A stretch of 64,000 bases of DNA from a candidate division WOR-3 bacterium (GCA_037481815.1 JBBFKX010000002.1:1-64000); one strand, 5' to 3'; numbered from the stretch's first letter, positions 50,213 through 59,844 are shown. A program made the numbers and translations. The notes: generated from the sequence alone by a model not told the origin.

Positions 50213-51918
50213 TAAAAACCTCCAATTAAAAAAATTAATATAATTAATAAAATAACCATTATAAAAGACGATATTAGAAAAATGTTAGAATACTTTAAGA
50301 ATGTTCTTTCACTGAAATCTGAAATAAAAAGTATTTTATCATCTTTAGAATATACCAGTTCAAGATTTTCATTTTCTTTTCTTTCCATTAATTTTTTATC
50401 GAAATCTTTTTCCATACTGATTTTTGCTATCTCCCATTCATCACTGTCTATTTGCTCATCTTTGTTAAGGTCAAAGTTTTTCATATAGTCATGGTCCAAT
50501 TTTTTTTCTTTAATAAATTCATTTTTCTCTTTCATATAATCTTTGTTCACAACAGAACCAACAACAAAAACTTCACTCATAACAGGTAAAATCTCTTCTT
50601 CGTATTTTACTTCACCAACATCTTCTGTTGAAAAAAATTTATAAAATGTCTTCGTATAAACCGTTTTATTCTTTAGATTGAATGTGGCATTTTCTGTTTT
50701 CACAGATATCCTGTTCCCGTGTTCATCCTGTACAATAAATTTTTCTGGCAGATACTCTCCAATATGTTCGAGTTGCCATTTTGTTTTTCCCTCACTATCC
50801 TTTACTTTTCTAAATTTTTTGTACTGAAAATACACACATTTTGTTCCTGAAATTGGGGATGGGATTGCATACTCATCGGTTATAAAACCCTTTATTTCAT
50901 TTATCCCAACACTGATCGATTCAATTTTTGAAAATGGTATCGATTCAAGAAAAACTTTAAGTTTGAAAACTTTCACAAATGAAATAAAATAATAGAAAAT
51001 CCCACCAAGAAAAATATAGGAAAGCAGGTTGATTTTACCTATTCTGAAAAGTATTAGAAAACTAAAAAAAATTATTCCAAAAGGTATAAAAAAAGTTTCC
51101 AGCAGATTAAATTTGTTTACAGGGATCCTTTTTTTCTTAAAAATCAGATCATTTGGTTTATAGATATTATATTTAAAATCATATACAAGGTTATTATAAT
51201 CCTTCGTTTTTTTTCTATCAACATATTTTTGGTCATATTCAAAAGAATAAATCCCTTCTTCAAAAAGCAAAGATGAAATCATTGAATATGTTTTTAAATC
51301 AAAAAAAAGTTCTTCAACAAAATTTTCAGAGTAGTTCAAATCTTCATAAAAGACCGAAGAAAAATTTTTTAAGGATTCATAAAATTTAAAAAAATTTTCA
51401 CTTTTCGAATACTTTGAAAAATTTTTAAGATTTGTATAATTTATCCTTTCCTGCTCAAATTTCAAAAGTATATTTTTTTCATGGGAATACAAGTAGAATT
51501 CAAAATTTGACTGTAACAGTAGTTTTTTTAAATTAACATTTTCAATTCTTGTTTTATCAATTCCAGCCAAAAAAAGCAACCTATCATTTTTAGAGATTGT
51601 TATCTCACCTTTTTCAGTAAAAAATTTATATGCCTGTTCATCATACCTAAAAGTGGACACATCTGCAACCTTTATAGATGAGATATCATGATCTGAAAGT
51701 ACAACAGATTTAATATTAATGGAATTCAGTAAATCTTTAATCTTTTCTAACTCTTCCTTATTTTCAGATCTTTTTAATACAGCCCAACCTTTTCCAATAA
51801 ATTTCTGTTTTAGGGTATAAACATCGATTTTGGTAGTATGAAAAATTTGTTCAAAAAATTCTTTGTCAACGGATTCTGTTCTATCAAAGATACATTTTAT
51901 AAAAAGTTTAAACTCCAT
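50212..51918 (-). CDS. Membrane protein with GIDE-like domain and EF-hand loop
   Basis: Two TMs then ESIPFSKI...EIKG, SPISGTKCVYF, FIVQD, VFVVG; DLNKDEQIDSDEW EF-hand loop; C-terminal TM; next to lemA. Confidence 0.7.
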   Translation of the reverse strand: MEFKLFIKCIFDRTESVDKEFFEQIFHTTKIDVYTLKQKFIGKGWAVLKRSENKEELEKIKDLLNSINIKSVVLSDHDISSIKVADVSTFRYDEQAYKFFTEKGEITISKNDRLLFLAGIDKTRIENVNLKKLLLQSNFEFYLYSHEKNILLKFEQERINYTNLKNFSKYSKSENFFKFYESLKNFSSVFYEDLNYSENFVEELFFDLKTYSMISSLLFEEGIYSFEYDQKYVDRKKTKDYNNLVYDFKYNIYKPNDLIFKKKRIPVNKFNLLETFFIPFGIIFFSFLILFRIGKINLLSYIFLGGIFYYFISFVKVFKLKVFLESIPFSKIESISVGINEIKGFITDEYAIPSPISGTKCVYFQYKKFRKVKDSEGKTKWQLEHIGEYLPEKFIVQDEHGNRISVKTENATFNLKNKTVYTKTFYKFFSTEDVGEVKYEEEILPVMSEVFVVGSVVNKDYMKEKNEFIKEKKLDHDYMKNFDLNKDEQIDSDEWEIAKISMEKDFDKKLMERKENENLELVYSKDDKILFISDFSERTFLKYSNIFLISSFIMVILLIILIFLIGGF

Positions 51919-51924
51919 CTTTTG

Positions 51925-51983
51925 ATTATATAATTATCTAAACCAATTTCAATACTTGAACATTCTTTTTTAAAATATATAAT
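51925..51983. promoter_or_regulatory. Back-to-back divergent promoters, both with leaderless geometry
   Basis: Minus: TTGAAA(51947-52)-16-TATAAT(51925-30), 6 nt to ATG 51918. Plus: TTGAAC(51956-61)-16-TATAAT(51978-83), 6 nt to ATG 51990. Confidence 0.7.
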
Positions 51984-51989
51984 TTTAGG

Positions 51990-52556
51990 ATGTATAAAAA
52001 AGAGATTGAAAGAAGGTTTCTTGTTATCGATAAAAACTATTCTAAAAAGATATCATTTTTTAACAGGAAAAGAATAATTCAGGGATACTATAGGTCCGAG
52101 GATTTAAAAAAAATAAAAGGTGTTGATGAAATTTTAAAAAAAAATCCTGAATTTATAAATAAAATCGTTAGAATAAGAATTGAAAATAAAAGAGATATCT
52201 TTTTTACACTAAAAAAAGGTGAAGGAATTGAAAGGGATGAATTTGAAATAAAACTTGATTTCGATGAAAAAATTTACAAATTTATGAAAAGTGATAAAAA
52301 AGTTCTGTCAAAAATAAGAGGAGAATTTTTCATTGAAGGATATAAAGCAATTTTAGACAGATATACCAAAAGATACAGAGGGATTGAAATAGTTGAAATC
52401 GAATTTAAAACCGAACCCGAAGCAAAAAAGTTTCAACCTTCAAAAAGCTTAGTCGAGATAACCAATCTTAATGAGTTATCAAATATGAGTCTCTATTTTA
52501 AGGATGAAAAAGAAATAATTAAAAAAGTTGAGGAGAATTATGGTTATAAAAATTAA
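51990..52556 (+). CDS. CYTH-domain protein (triphosphate tunnel metalloenzyme)
   Basis: EIERRFLV, QGY, VRIR, TLK, RDEFE, KIR, EIEF. Confidence 0.85.
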   Translation: MYKKEIERRFLVIDKNYSKKISFFNRKRIIQGYYRSEDLKKIKGVDEILKKNPEFINKIVRIRIENKRDIFFTLKKGEGIERDEFEIKLDFDEKIYKFMKSDKKVLSKIRGEFFIEGYKAILDRYTKRYRGIEIVEIEFKTEPEAKKFQPSKSLVEITNLNELSNMSLYFKDEKEIIKKVEENYGYKN

Positions 52557-53547
52557 AAACAGGATAATAAAGAAGGGGGATATTTTTATCATCGCTGAAG
52601 GAGGGGTTAACCATAACGGTGACATGAATCTAGCAAAAGAACTTATCGTTAAAGCGAAAGAGGCAGGAGCTGATGCTATAAAGTTTCAAACATATAAAAC
52701 AGAAAAGTTGATAATAAAAAACAAAAAAACAGAGAACTTTTTTAATATGATAAAAAGATTGGAACTCTCTGAAGAAGATTTTATAAAATTAAAGGATTTC
52801 GCAATAAAAAATGATATAATCTTTCTTTCAACACCAGATGAGGAAGATTCTTTAAATTTCCTGCTCTCATTAAATCTTCCTGCTATAAAAATAGGTTCAG
52901 GTGAAGCAAACAATATCGATTTTCTCATAAAAGTTGCAAAAACGAAAAAAGTAGTTTTGATATCAACAGGATGCTGTAACGAAGAAGAAATCGATAGAAT
53001 CTATCAAACCGTATACCCTTTGAATAAAAAGATGATACTTATGCATTGTATTTCAGAATACCCTGCTAAGATAGAATCTTTAAACCTTCAATTTATAAAA
53101 AAAATGATAAAAAAATATAATTGCCCGATTGGATTTTCTGATCACACTACTTCCATATTTACTCCATCGATTGCATACATACTTGGGGCAACAGTTATTG
53201 AAAAACATTTTACGCTTGATAAAAATCTTCCAGGACCAGACCATTCATCTTCTCTTGATGTTGGTGAATTCAAAAGTATGGTTAACTTGATTTATGAAAC
53301 AAAGGAAGCACTCGGTAAAGATATAAGGAAGATAACTGAAAGCGAGGACAGGATGAGAAAGTTCATAAGAAAATCTCTTTTTTCCAAAAGTGAGATAAAA
53401 AAAGGTGAAACCTTAACAAAAGAAAATACAATCCTTTTAAGACCAGAAATAGGGATAAGGGCTGATCAGGCAACAAAAGTTTATGGAAAAAGGATAAAAA
53501 TTAAAAAAAATAAATTTAAACCAATATTTTCAAATGAGATAGATTAG
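52540..53547 (+). CDS. NeuB/SpsE-family nonulosonic acid synthase
   Basis: IIAEGGVNHNGD, GADAIKFQT, KIGSGE, HCISEYP, GFSDHT, IEKHFTLD, GPDH, C-terminal SAF/AFP-like domain. Start ATG 52540. Confidence 0.9.
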   Translation: MVIKIKNRIIKKGDIFIIAEGGVNHNGDMNLAKELIVKAKEAGADAIKFQTYKTEKLIIKNKKTENFFNMIKRLELSEEDFIKLKDFAIKNDIIFLSTPDEEDSLNFLLSLNLPAIKIGSGEANNIDFLIKVAKTKKVVLISTGCCNEEEIDRIYQTVYPLNKKMILMHCISEYPAKIESLNLQFIKKMIKKYNCPIGFSDHTTSIFTPSIAYILGATVIEKHFTLDKNLPGPDHSSSLDVGEFKSMVNLIYETKEALGKDIRKITESEDRMRKFIRKSLFSKSEIKKGETLTKENTILLRPEIGIRADQATKVYGKRIKIKKNKFKPIFSNEID

Positions 53548-53702
53548 AAGATGGTGTATATGAATGGAGAAATTGTTGTTGATGTGAATAAAAAGATCAA
53601 TAAACCTAAAAGTAAAATTATGATAATAAGAGGGAGTAACCAGTATTTTTTCTTTTTCAACAAAAATTTCATCAAAGATTTCAGAGTTTTTAAAAATCCC
53701 AT
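53544..53702 (-). CDS. DUF5989/SxtK-like small membrane protein (52 aa)
   Basis: Below the ORF-track cutoff. MGFLKTLKSLMKFLLKKKKYWLLPLIIIILLLGLLIFLFTSTTISPFIYTIF*; KKYWLLP...PFIYTIF signature. Confidence 0.85.
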   Translation of the reverse strand: MGFLKTLKSLMKFLLKKKKYWLLPLIIIILLLGLLIFLFTSTTISPFIYTIF

Positions 53703-54065
53703 TTAGAACGGCTCCTCAATATCAAATTCATCTTCCACATATTTGTTGTAATACGAACTCTCTTGTTTTTTTATATTCTTATAAAACCTTTTATCCATAA
53801 TGTAAAGTATCGGCTTAAACATTAAAAAAATTATATAATAGATTATAACTACTATCAATACTGTAAAAAGAAATGCAACAAACAAAAAGAGTTTATCCAA
53901 CAATTTTTTAGCAATAAATAATTTTTTCGGTAAAAATATTAAAAATAAGAGTGAAACCACTGTTAATGAAAAGAAAAAAATTTTCAGTAATCCAAATTTT
54001 CTAAAGATAAAGGTTAACATTAAAAATATTAAAACTACCTGAACGGATTTTAACCTTTCAATCAT
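53703..54065 (-). CDS. SxtJ-like membrane protein
   Basis: Hydrophobic, IIYYIIF...P motif, ends EEPF; lies between the carbamoyltransferase and DUF5989 genes. Confidence 0.6.
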   Translation of the reverse strand: MIERLKSVQVVLIFLMLTFIFRKFGLLKIFFFSLTVVSLLFLIFLPKKLFIAKKLLDKLFLFVAFLFTVLIVVIIYYIIFLMFKPILYIMDKRFYKNIKKQESSYYNKYVEDEFDIEEPF

Positions 54066-55848
54066 TCCTTTTTTCAATTTTAAAATCTCCCTTTTTTCTT
54101 ACCTGTTCTTCTTTTCGTAACAGAAAATTACCAATTATTAAAACATCTATATCGGTTTCGATGAAAGTTTTAAAAGCATCTTCAGGATTTTCAACTATCG
54201 GCTGTCCCCTTACATTGAAGGATGTGTTTATGACCATAGGACATCCTGTCCTTTCATAAAAATTATAGATTAGCGAATAAAACAGTGGGTTACTCTCTTT
54301 GCTCACAAGTTGAACTCTTGAAGTAAAATCTGAATGGACCACAGATGGGAACTGTGTGATACTTTTCCTAAGAATTTTAAAATCATGTGTGATAAACTCT
54401 TCAGTGTTTTTAAAATCATCTTTAATTTCACATACTGTTAACATATAATGAGTGGGATAACCCTTTTTAAAAATCAGTTCATATTTATCTTCGAGAACAG
54501 CAGGTGCAAGTGGCCTGAAAGATTCTCTGAACTTAATCTTCATGTTCATTATTTTTTGCATTTCAGGATCCGTTGGATCACCTAAAATACTTCTATTTCC
54601 TAAAGCTCTTGGCCCATACTCCATTTTCCCCTGAAACCATCCAACAACTTTTTTCTTGAGTATCTCTTCACAACCAATAACATCAGGATTGGTTATTTTT
54701 TTGTAAACACCATTTAATCTTTTTAAACTTTCCTCGATCTCATGATCTGAATATTCTGTTCCAAGAAAAGAATAATTCTGACAACCCCTGATATTCAAAT
54801 TATAATATCTGTTCGCAACATACAAAGCGGCTCCAAGTGAACCACCAGCATCCCCTGATGCAGGTTGAATAAAAAATTTTTCAGGTTTATAAGATTCTAA
54901 AACTTTAGAATTCGCAACACAGTTTAAACCAACCCCTCCCCCGATTATCAAGTTTTTTTCTTTCGTTTCACTTTTCAACTTTAAAGCCATTTTTATAAGA
55001 ATCTCCTCTAAAACCTTCTGAACAGAAGCAGCAATGTCTGCATACACTTCGTTTAAAGGTTGTTCTTCTTTTCTAATCTTTATTCCAAAAAGTTTTTCCA
55101 TCTGTTTCCCACACATCTGTAAACCATTCTGGAAATCAAAAAATTTCAAATTCAATCTGTAAGATCCATCATCTTTGATATCTATCAAATTCTCTTTTAT
55201 CAGAGAAACATACCGTGGAACACCATAGGGGGCAAGCCCCATCAATTTGTATTCACCTGAATTAACTTTAAATCCAGTAAAATAGGTAAATGTTGAATAA
55301 AACATCCCTAAAGAATGCGGATAATCTATAGAATATAGGATCTTTATGCTTTTATCATCAACAACTCCAAGAGTTGTTGTTTCCCATTCTCCAACACCAT
55401 CGTTTACCATAAATGCTGCTCTTTCAAGATCAGATGGATAGAAGGAAGAAGATATGTGTGAAACATGATGTGGAACATAGAATATTTTATAATTCCCCTT
55501 AATCAATTTTCTTAATTTAGATTCAGTATAAAGTTTATCTTTAATCCACAACGGTAAAGAAGTGAAAGCAAACTCAAAATTTTTCGGCGTCGAATAAATC
55601 AGATTTTCAATTATTCTTTCAAATTTCAAAATCGGTTTATCATAGAAAACAATTGCTTTCAGATTTCCAGGATCAAAATCGAACTTTTTTTTAAGAATCT
55701 CTATTGATAACTCTGGTAACCTTTCATCAAATTTTATTTTAGAAAACCTTTCTTCCTGAAGAGCAGCAATAACCTTACCTTTTTTTATGTACGTTACAGA
55801 CGAATCGTGAAACAATGCCGAAATTCCTAAAATTTCTATTTCACTCAT
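54058..55848 (-). CDS. NodU/CmcH-family carbamoyltransferase
   Basis: ILGISALFHDSS, QEERFS, HHVSH, DGVGE, SGEYKLMGLAPYG, EYGPRALGNRS, KFRESFRP, NTSFNVRG. Confidence 0.93.
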   Translation of the reverse strand: MSEIEILGISALFHDSSVTYIKKGKVIAALQEERFSKIKFDERLPELSIEILKKKFDFDPGNLKAIVFYDKPILKFERIIENLIYSTPKNFEFAFTSLPLWIKDKLYTESKLRKLIKGNYKIFYVPHHVSHISSSFYPSDLERAAFMVNDGVGEWETTTLGVVDDKSIKILYSIDYPHSLGMFYSTFTYFTGFKVNSGEYKLMGLAPYGVPRYVSLIKENLIDIKDDGSYRLNLKFFDFQNGLQMCGKQMEKLFGIKIRKEEQPLNEVYADIAASVQKVLEEILIKMALKLKSETKEKNLIIGGGVGLNCVANSKVLESYKPEKFFIQPASGDAGGSLGAALYVANRYYNLNIRGCQNYSFLGTEYSDHEIEESLKRLNGVYKKITNPDVIGCEEILKKKVVGWFQGKMEYGPRALGNRSILGDPTDPEMQKIMNMKIKFRESFRPLAPAVLEDKYELIFKKGYPTHYMLTVCEIKDDFKNTEEFITHDFKILRKSITQFPSVVHSDFTSRVQLVSKESNPLFYSLIYNFYERTGCPMVINTSFNVRGQPIVENPEDAFKTFIETDIDVLIIGNFLLRKEEQVRKKGDFKIEKRND

Positions 55849-57703
55849 ATTTGAAATCTTTAATATACGATTTTAAAATTTGACGAACATTACCTTCAGA
55901 ATTTGTGAAATCATCAACCATTTTTTCAATTTTATCATTCTCTAACTTCTCCACTAAAAGAATTTTAAAGATCTTATCAAACCTTGTTTTTTCTATCTGT
56001 TCCTCTTCTCTATACAGTTCCTCATAAAGTTTTTCTCCTTTTCTTATTCCAGTATAAACTATCTTTATATCCTTATGGGGAACATAACCATACATTCTTA
56101 TAATGTTCTCTGCAATATCATTTATTTTTACGGGTTTCCCCATATCGAGCATAAATGTTTCCCCACCTTCTCCAATACCTGCTGCTTCGAGACAAAGTGT
56201 TACCGCTTCCGCAATCGTCATAAAATATCTTGTCATATTTTTATCTGTTACCGTAACTGGCCCCCCGTTTTTTATCTGTTCTTCAAAAATTGGAATAACA
56301 CTTCCCCTTGATCCAAGAACATTTCCAAATCTTACAGCGAAGTATTTTGTCAGAGGATCTTTCTGAGAAACAACAAGCATTTCTCCAATCCTTTTTGTAG
56401 CACCCATTATCGAAGATGGTTTAACAGCTTTATCAGTTGATATATAAAGAAATCTTTTAACCTTCCCTTTCGATGCTTTAATTAGATTGAAAGTTCCTAA
56501 AATATTTGTTTTTACAGATTCATAAGGGAATTCTTCACATATTGGGACATGTTTTAAAGCTGCAGCATGAAAGATGATGGATATTTTTTCTTTTTCAATA
56601 ACCTTTACCATATCTGAAAAATTCCTGATATCAGCAAGAACTATTTTTATATCTTTTGAATATCTCTGCTTCATTCTTTCCTTAAGATAAAAAAGTTCAG
56701 TTTCGTTTATATCAAGTGCATACACATTTGCAGCTTTAAATTTAACAACCTGGTTTATAATCTCACTACCGATCGATCCAGCAGCACCTGTAACAAGTAC
56801 ATTCTCTCCATCAAGATAACTGCCTATCAATCCAAGATCATATGAAACCTTTTCTCTCCCCAAAAGGTCTGTAATGTCTATATTTCGTACATCTTTTGAA
56901 GATACTTTCCCATCAACAATACTATCAACCGATGGAAGAACTTTTATTTCTTTACATCCACTTTTTTCCAAATTTCTGTATATCTTCTGTAAATTTTCTC
57001 TATCAAGAGATGGTATCGCTATCAGTACAGTGTAACAATCGTTCTCCTTCATTACACTTTTTAAAATCTCGCTCCCACCAACAACCTTTAATCCATGAAT
57101 CCTGTTTCCTTTTTTCTTTGGATCATCATCAATGAATAGGATAGGATTGTACTCACTTTTTCTTGAAAGCATATCCCTTACAATCTGTTCACCAGCATCC
57201 CCTGCACCATAGATAATAATTTTTTTCCTTTTTTCCATCTCCCTTCGACCTTCAAAAGAGAGCAAAAACCTTTTTAAACTTCTCAAAGTCAAAAGAAACC
57301 AGAGTGAGAAGAAATAATCAAGAAAAAAAACCGATCTAGGTAAAAAGGAAAGAATTTGATTCTTCAAAAAGAATAGAGATATGTAAAAGGAAATAAACTG
57401 TGAAAAAGTCAGTGCGATTCCAAGTTTTATAGCATCCTTAAAAGAAAAATACCTCCAGTTGAAAGAATATATATCAAAAATAAACAGAAAAAAAATTTTG
57501 GAAACAATAAAAATTGGAAGGAAGTTTTTATAGAGTTTAAAATTTAAAAAGACCTCCGTTATACTGAATCTGATACTGAATGAAAGAAAATATGATAATG
57601 TGAAAAGAAACAGATCAAACAGAACAAAAAAAATTATTCTTTTCAGATAACTAGGTTTAAACAGATCTTCTTTCAAAAAATTCTTTAATCTTTTTATAAA
57701 CAT
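55841..57703 (-). CDS. Membrane-bound UDP-GlcNAc 4,6-dehydratase (PglF/CapD/WbpM family)
   Basis: Four N-terminal TMs, GAGDAG, GAAGSIGSE, HAAALKHVP, STDKAV, MGATKR, RFGNVLGSRGSV. Start ATG 57703. Confidence 0.92.
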   Translation of the reverse strand: MFIKRLKNFLKEDLFKPSYLKRIIFFVLFDLFLFTLSYFLSFSIRFSITEVFLNFKLYKNFLPIFIVSKIFFLFIFDIYSFNWRYFSFKDAIKLGIALTFSQFISFYISLFFLKNQILSFLPRSVFFLDYFFSLWFLLTLRSLKRFLLSFEGRREMEKRKKIIIYGAGDAGEQIVRDMLSRKSEYNPILFIDDDPKKKGNRIHGLKVVGGSEILKSVMKENDCYTVLIAIPSLDRENLQKIYRNLEKSGCKEIKVLPSVDSIVDGKVSSKDVRNIDITDLLGREKVSYDLGLIGSYLDGENVLVTGAAGSIGSEIINQVVKFKAANVYALDINETELFYLKERMKQRYSKDIKIVLADIRNFSDMVKVIEKEKISIIFHAAALKHVPICEEFPYESVKTNILGTFNLIKASKGKVKRFLYISTDKAVKPSSIMGATKRIGEMLVVSQKDPLTKYFAVRFGNVLGSRGSVIPIFEEQIKNGGPVTVTDKNMTRYFMTIAEAVTLCLEAAGIGEGGETFMLDMGKPVKINDIAENIIRMYGYVPHKDIKIVYTGIRKGEKLYEELYREEEQIEKTRFDKIFKILLVEKLENDKIEKMVDDFTNSEGNVRQILKSYIKDFKYE

Positions 57704-58817
57704 ATTTCTGCTCCATAACAGAGAGTCCAGTAAAAAATGGAATAGCAACAAGTTCATCAGATATTTTTTCAGTTACAGGGAAATCTCCATTTTTAAAACC
57801 AAAAATTTTTTTATAGAAGGGTTGAAGGTGTATTGGATAAAAATACCTTTTTGAAGATATTCCACTTTTATTTAAAAATTCTATTAACTCGTTTCTAATC
57901 TTTTTATCCACAAATATATAAAATAAAAACCATGAATTCTTTTGCCCTTCAATCAAAGAAGGCAACTTTATCTCCTTTATTCTATTCAACAACTCCATAT
58001 ATCTTTTCGCAACATTCTCTCTTCTTTTTAAAATTTCTTCCAGATTTTCCATCTGTGCCAAGCCAATAGCTGAATTTATATCACTAACCCTGAAATTGTA
58101 TCCAAGATATCTATGTATAAAGTTCGGGTCACCTTCCATCCTTCCCTGATTTCTTAACGCTTTAAGATAAAGATAGAGTTTTTTATCATCGGTTACAATC
58201 ATTCCACCTTCACCTGTTGTAATCTGCTTATTCGGATAGAAAGCGAAAACTGCCCCCCTCCCAAAAATACCAGATTTTTTACCTTTAAATTCACTCCCAA
58301 GCGATTCTGACGAATCCTCAAACAATAAAAGATTGTAATCGTTACATAACTCTTCGATCTTTTGATAATCACACAGATTCCCAAGAATGTCTACCGAGAG
58401 GATACCTTTTAAAATTTTTCCATTTTTTTTGTTCACAATTTTTTTGCCCTTTTTTTTATAATCACTTTTTATCTTCCTTTCGATCAGATCAGGAGAAATA
58501 CACAAACTCTTTTCATCTATATCGACAAAAACCGGACTTGCATTACAGTACAAAATCGAATTTGCAGATGCTATGAATGAAAAAGGGGTTGTAATTATTT
58601 CATCGTTACTTTGAATTCCAGCTGCTTTTAAAAGTAGGAAGAGTCCAGCGGTTCCAGATGATACCATAACGGCATATTTTCTACCAACATAATCTTTAAA
58701 TATGTTCTCAAATTTCTCTGTATATTCCCCCATGCTGAGTTTTTCAGATTTAAGCAGAAAATCCACATACTTTTTTTCATTACCTTTAAAATACAAACCA
58801 GATAATGGAATCTTCAT
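57657..58817 (-). CDS. DegT/DnrJ/EryC1/StrS sugar aminotransferase
   Basis: SSGTAGL, FSFIAS, EDSSESLG, FAFYPNKQITTGEGG, GYNFR. Confidence 0.92.
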   Translation of the reverse strand: MKIPLSGLYFKGNEKKYVDFLLKSEKLSMGEYTEKFENIFKDYVGRKYAVMVSSGTAGLFLLLKAAGIQSNDEIITTPFSFIASANSILYCNASPVFVDIDEKSLCISPDLIERKIKSDYKKKGKKIVNKKNGKILKGILSVDILGNLCDYQKIEELCNDYNLLLFEDSSESLGSEFKGKKSGIFGRGAVFAFYPNKQITTGEGGMIVTDDKKLYLYLKALRNQGRMEGDPNFIHRYLGYNFRVSDINSAIGLAQMENLEEILKRRENVAKRYMELLNRIKEIKLPSLIEGQKNSWFLFYIFVDKKIRNELIEFLNKSGISSKRYFYPIHLQPFYKKIFGFKNGDFPVTEKISDELVAIPFFTGLSVMEQKYVYKKIKEFFERRSV

Positions 58818-58818
58818 A

Positions 58819-59844
58819 TCATTTCTTTTTCAAAAAGATTTTTCTTCCTTTCCTTGATGCATCATATATAGCCATAATAAGTTCAAGAGATTTCCTTCCC
58901 TCTAAACCATCAGTCAACGGCACACTATCCTTTTCAAGTGAGTTTAAAACATTCTCATAATATGCAAAATGTCCTTCACCGTAAACATTCTTTGGAACAT
59001 AGTTAACCTTTTCAATCATAGCATCGTCATCATCATATTTTTCGAATTCCCATTTTTCAATCCTGTTCAGAGCTGTTCCCCCGATTTTGACTGTCCCTTT
59101 TTCACCGATAACCGTGATCGAACCTTCATAGTTTCTTGGATAGGTTAGCATCGTTACCTGTATAACACCCAAAGCTCCATTTTTATATCTTAAAACTGCT
59201 CCACCTGTATCCTCTGTTTCTATCTTTCGTGCGAGTCGTGCAGTTATTGAAACAACTTCTTTAACTTCTCCACCGAGCCAGACCATAAGATCAACATAAT
59301 GGGATGCCTGATTCAAAAAAGCACCACCATCATACTTCCATGTCCCTCTCCACTTTGCCTGTTCATAATACTCTTGTGGCCTATTCCAGTATACGGTTGT
59401 ATTTATAAAATATATTCTTTCAAACCTGTTTTTTTCAATTGCACTTTTTAAAAGTTGAACAGTTGGGTTTAATCTGTTCTGTTTAACAACAAAAAGTTTG
59501 ACTTTATTTTTTTTACATTCATTTATAAGTTGATCGGCATCCTTGAGATTTACAGCCATCGGTTTTTCGGTTAGAACATTTATTTTTCTTCTTGCTGCCA
59601 TCATACCATGAATCGGATGTAATCCTGAAGGAGTACAGATAGATAAAAGGTCAAGTTCCTCATTTGAAAGCATATCTTCGAGATTTTTGTAGTATGGTAC
59701 ATCAAACCTTTCAGCTGATCTTTTTGCTTTTTCTAAAACTATATCGCACACAGCAACAAGTTTTATTCTTTCATTGAATTTTTCATATACCTCAAAATGT
59801 TTTTCAGATATTCTGCCACATCCAACAAGCCCAACTCTTATCAT
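58819..59844 (-). CDS. Gfo/Idh/MocA oxidoreductase, WbpB/WlbA-like UDP-GlcNAc(A) 3-dehydrogenase
   Basis: GCGRIS, TPSGLH, EKPMA, VKQNR, WRGTW-DGGAFLNQASHYVD. Confidence 0.85.
   Translation of the reverse strand: MIRVGLVGCGRISEKHFEVYEKFNERIKLVAVCDIVLEKAKRSAERFDVPYYKNLEDMLSNEELDLLSICTPSGLHPIHGMMAARRKINVLTEKPMAVNLKDADQLINECKKNKVKLFVVKQNRLNPTVQLLKSAIEKNRFERIYFINTTVYWNRPQEYYEQAKWRGTWKYDGGAFLNQASHYVDLMVWLGGEVKEVVSITARLARKIETEDTGGAVLRYKNGALGVIQVTMLTYPRNYEGSITVIGEKGTVKIGGTALNRIEKWEFEKYDDDDAMIEKVNYVPKNVYGEGHFAYYENVLNSLEKDSVPLTDGLEGRKSLELIMAIYDASRKGRKIFLKKK

Noticed and set aside
50212..51918. Bacterial ubiquitin-ligase system
   Set aside because: No RING, E1, E2, JAB or ubiquitin-like genes are visible.
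53544..55848. Saxitoxin cluster (sxtI/J/K-like genes)
   Set aside because: No sxtA, sxtG or other core genes; the trio is widespread and here sits in a polysaccharide operon.
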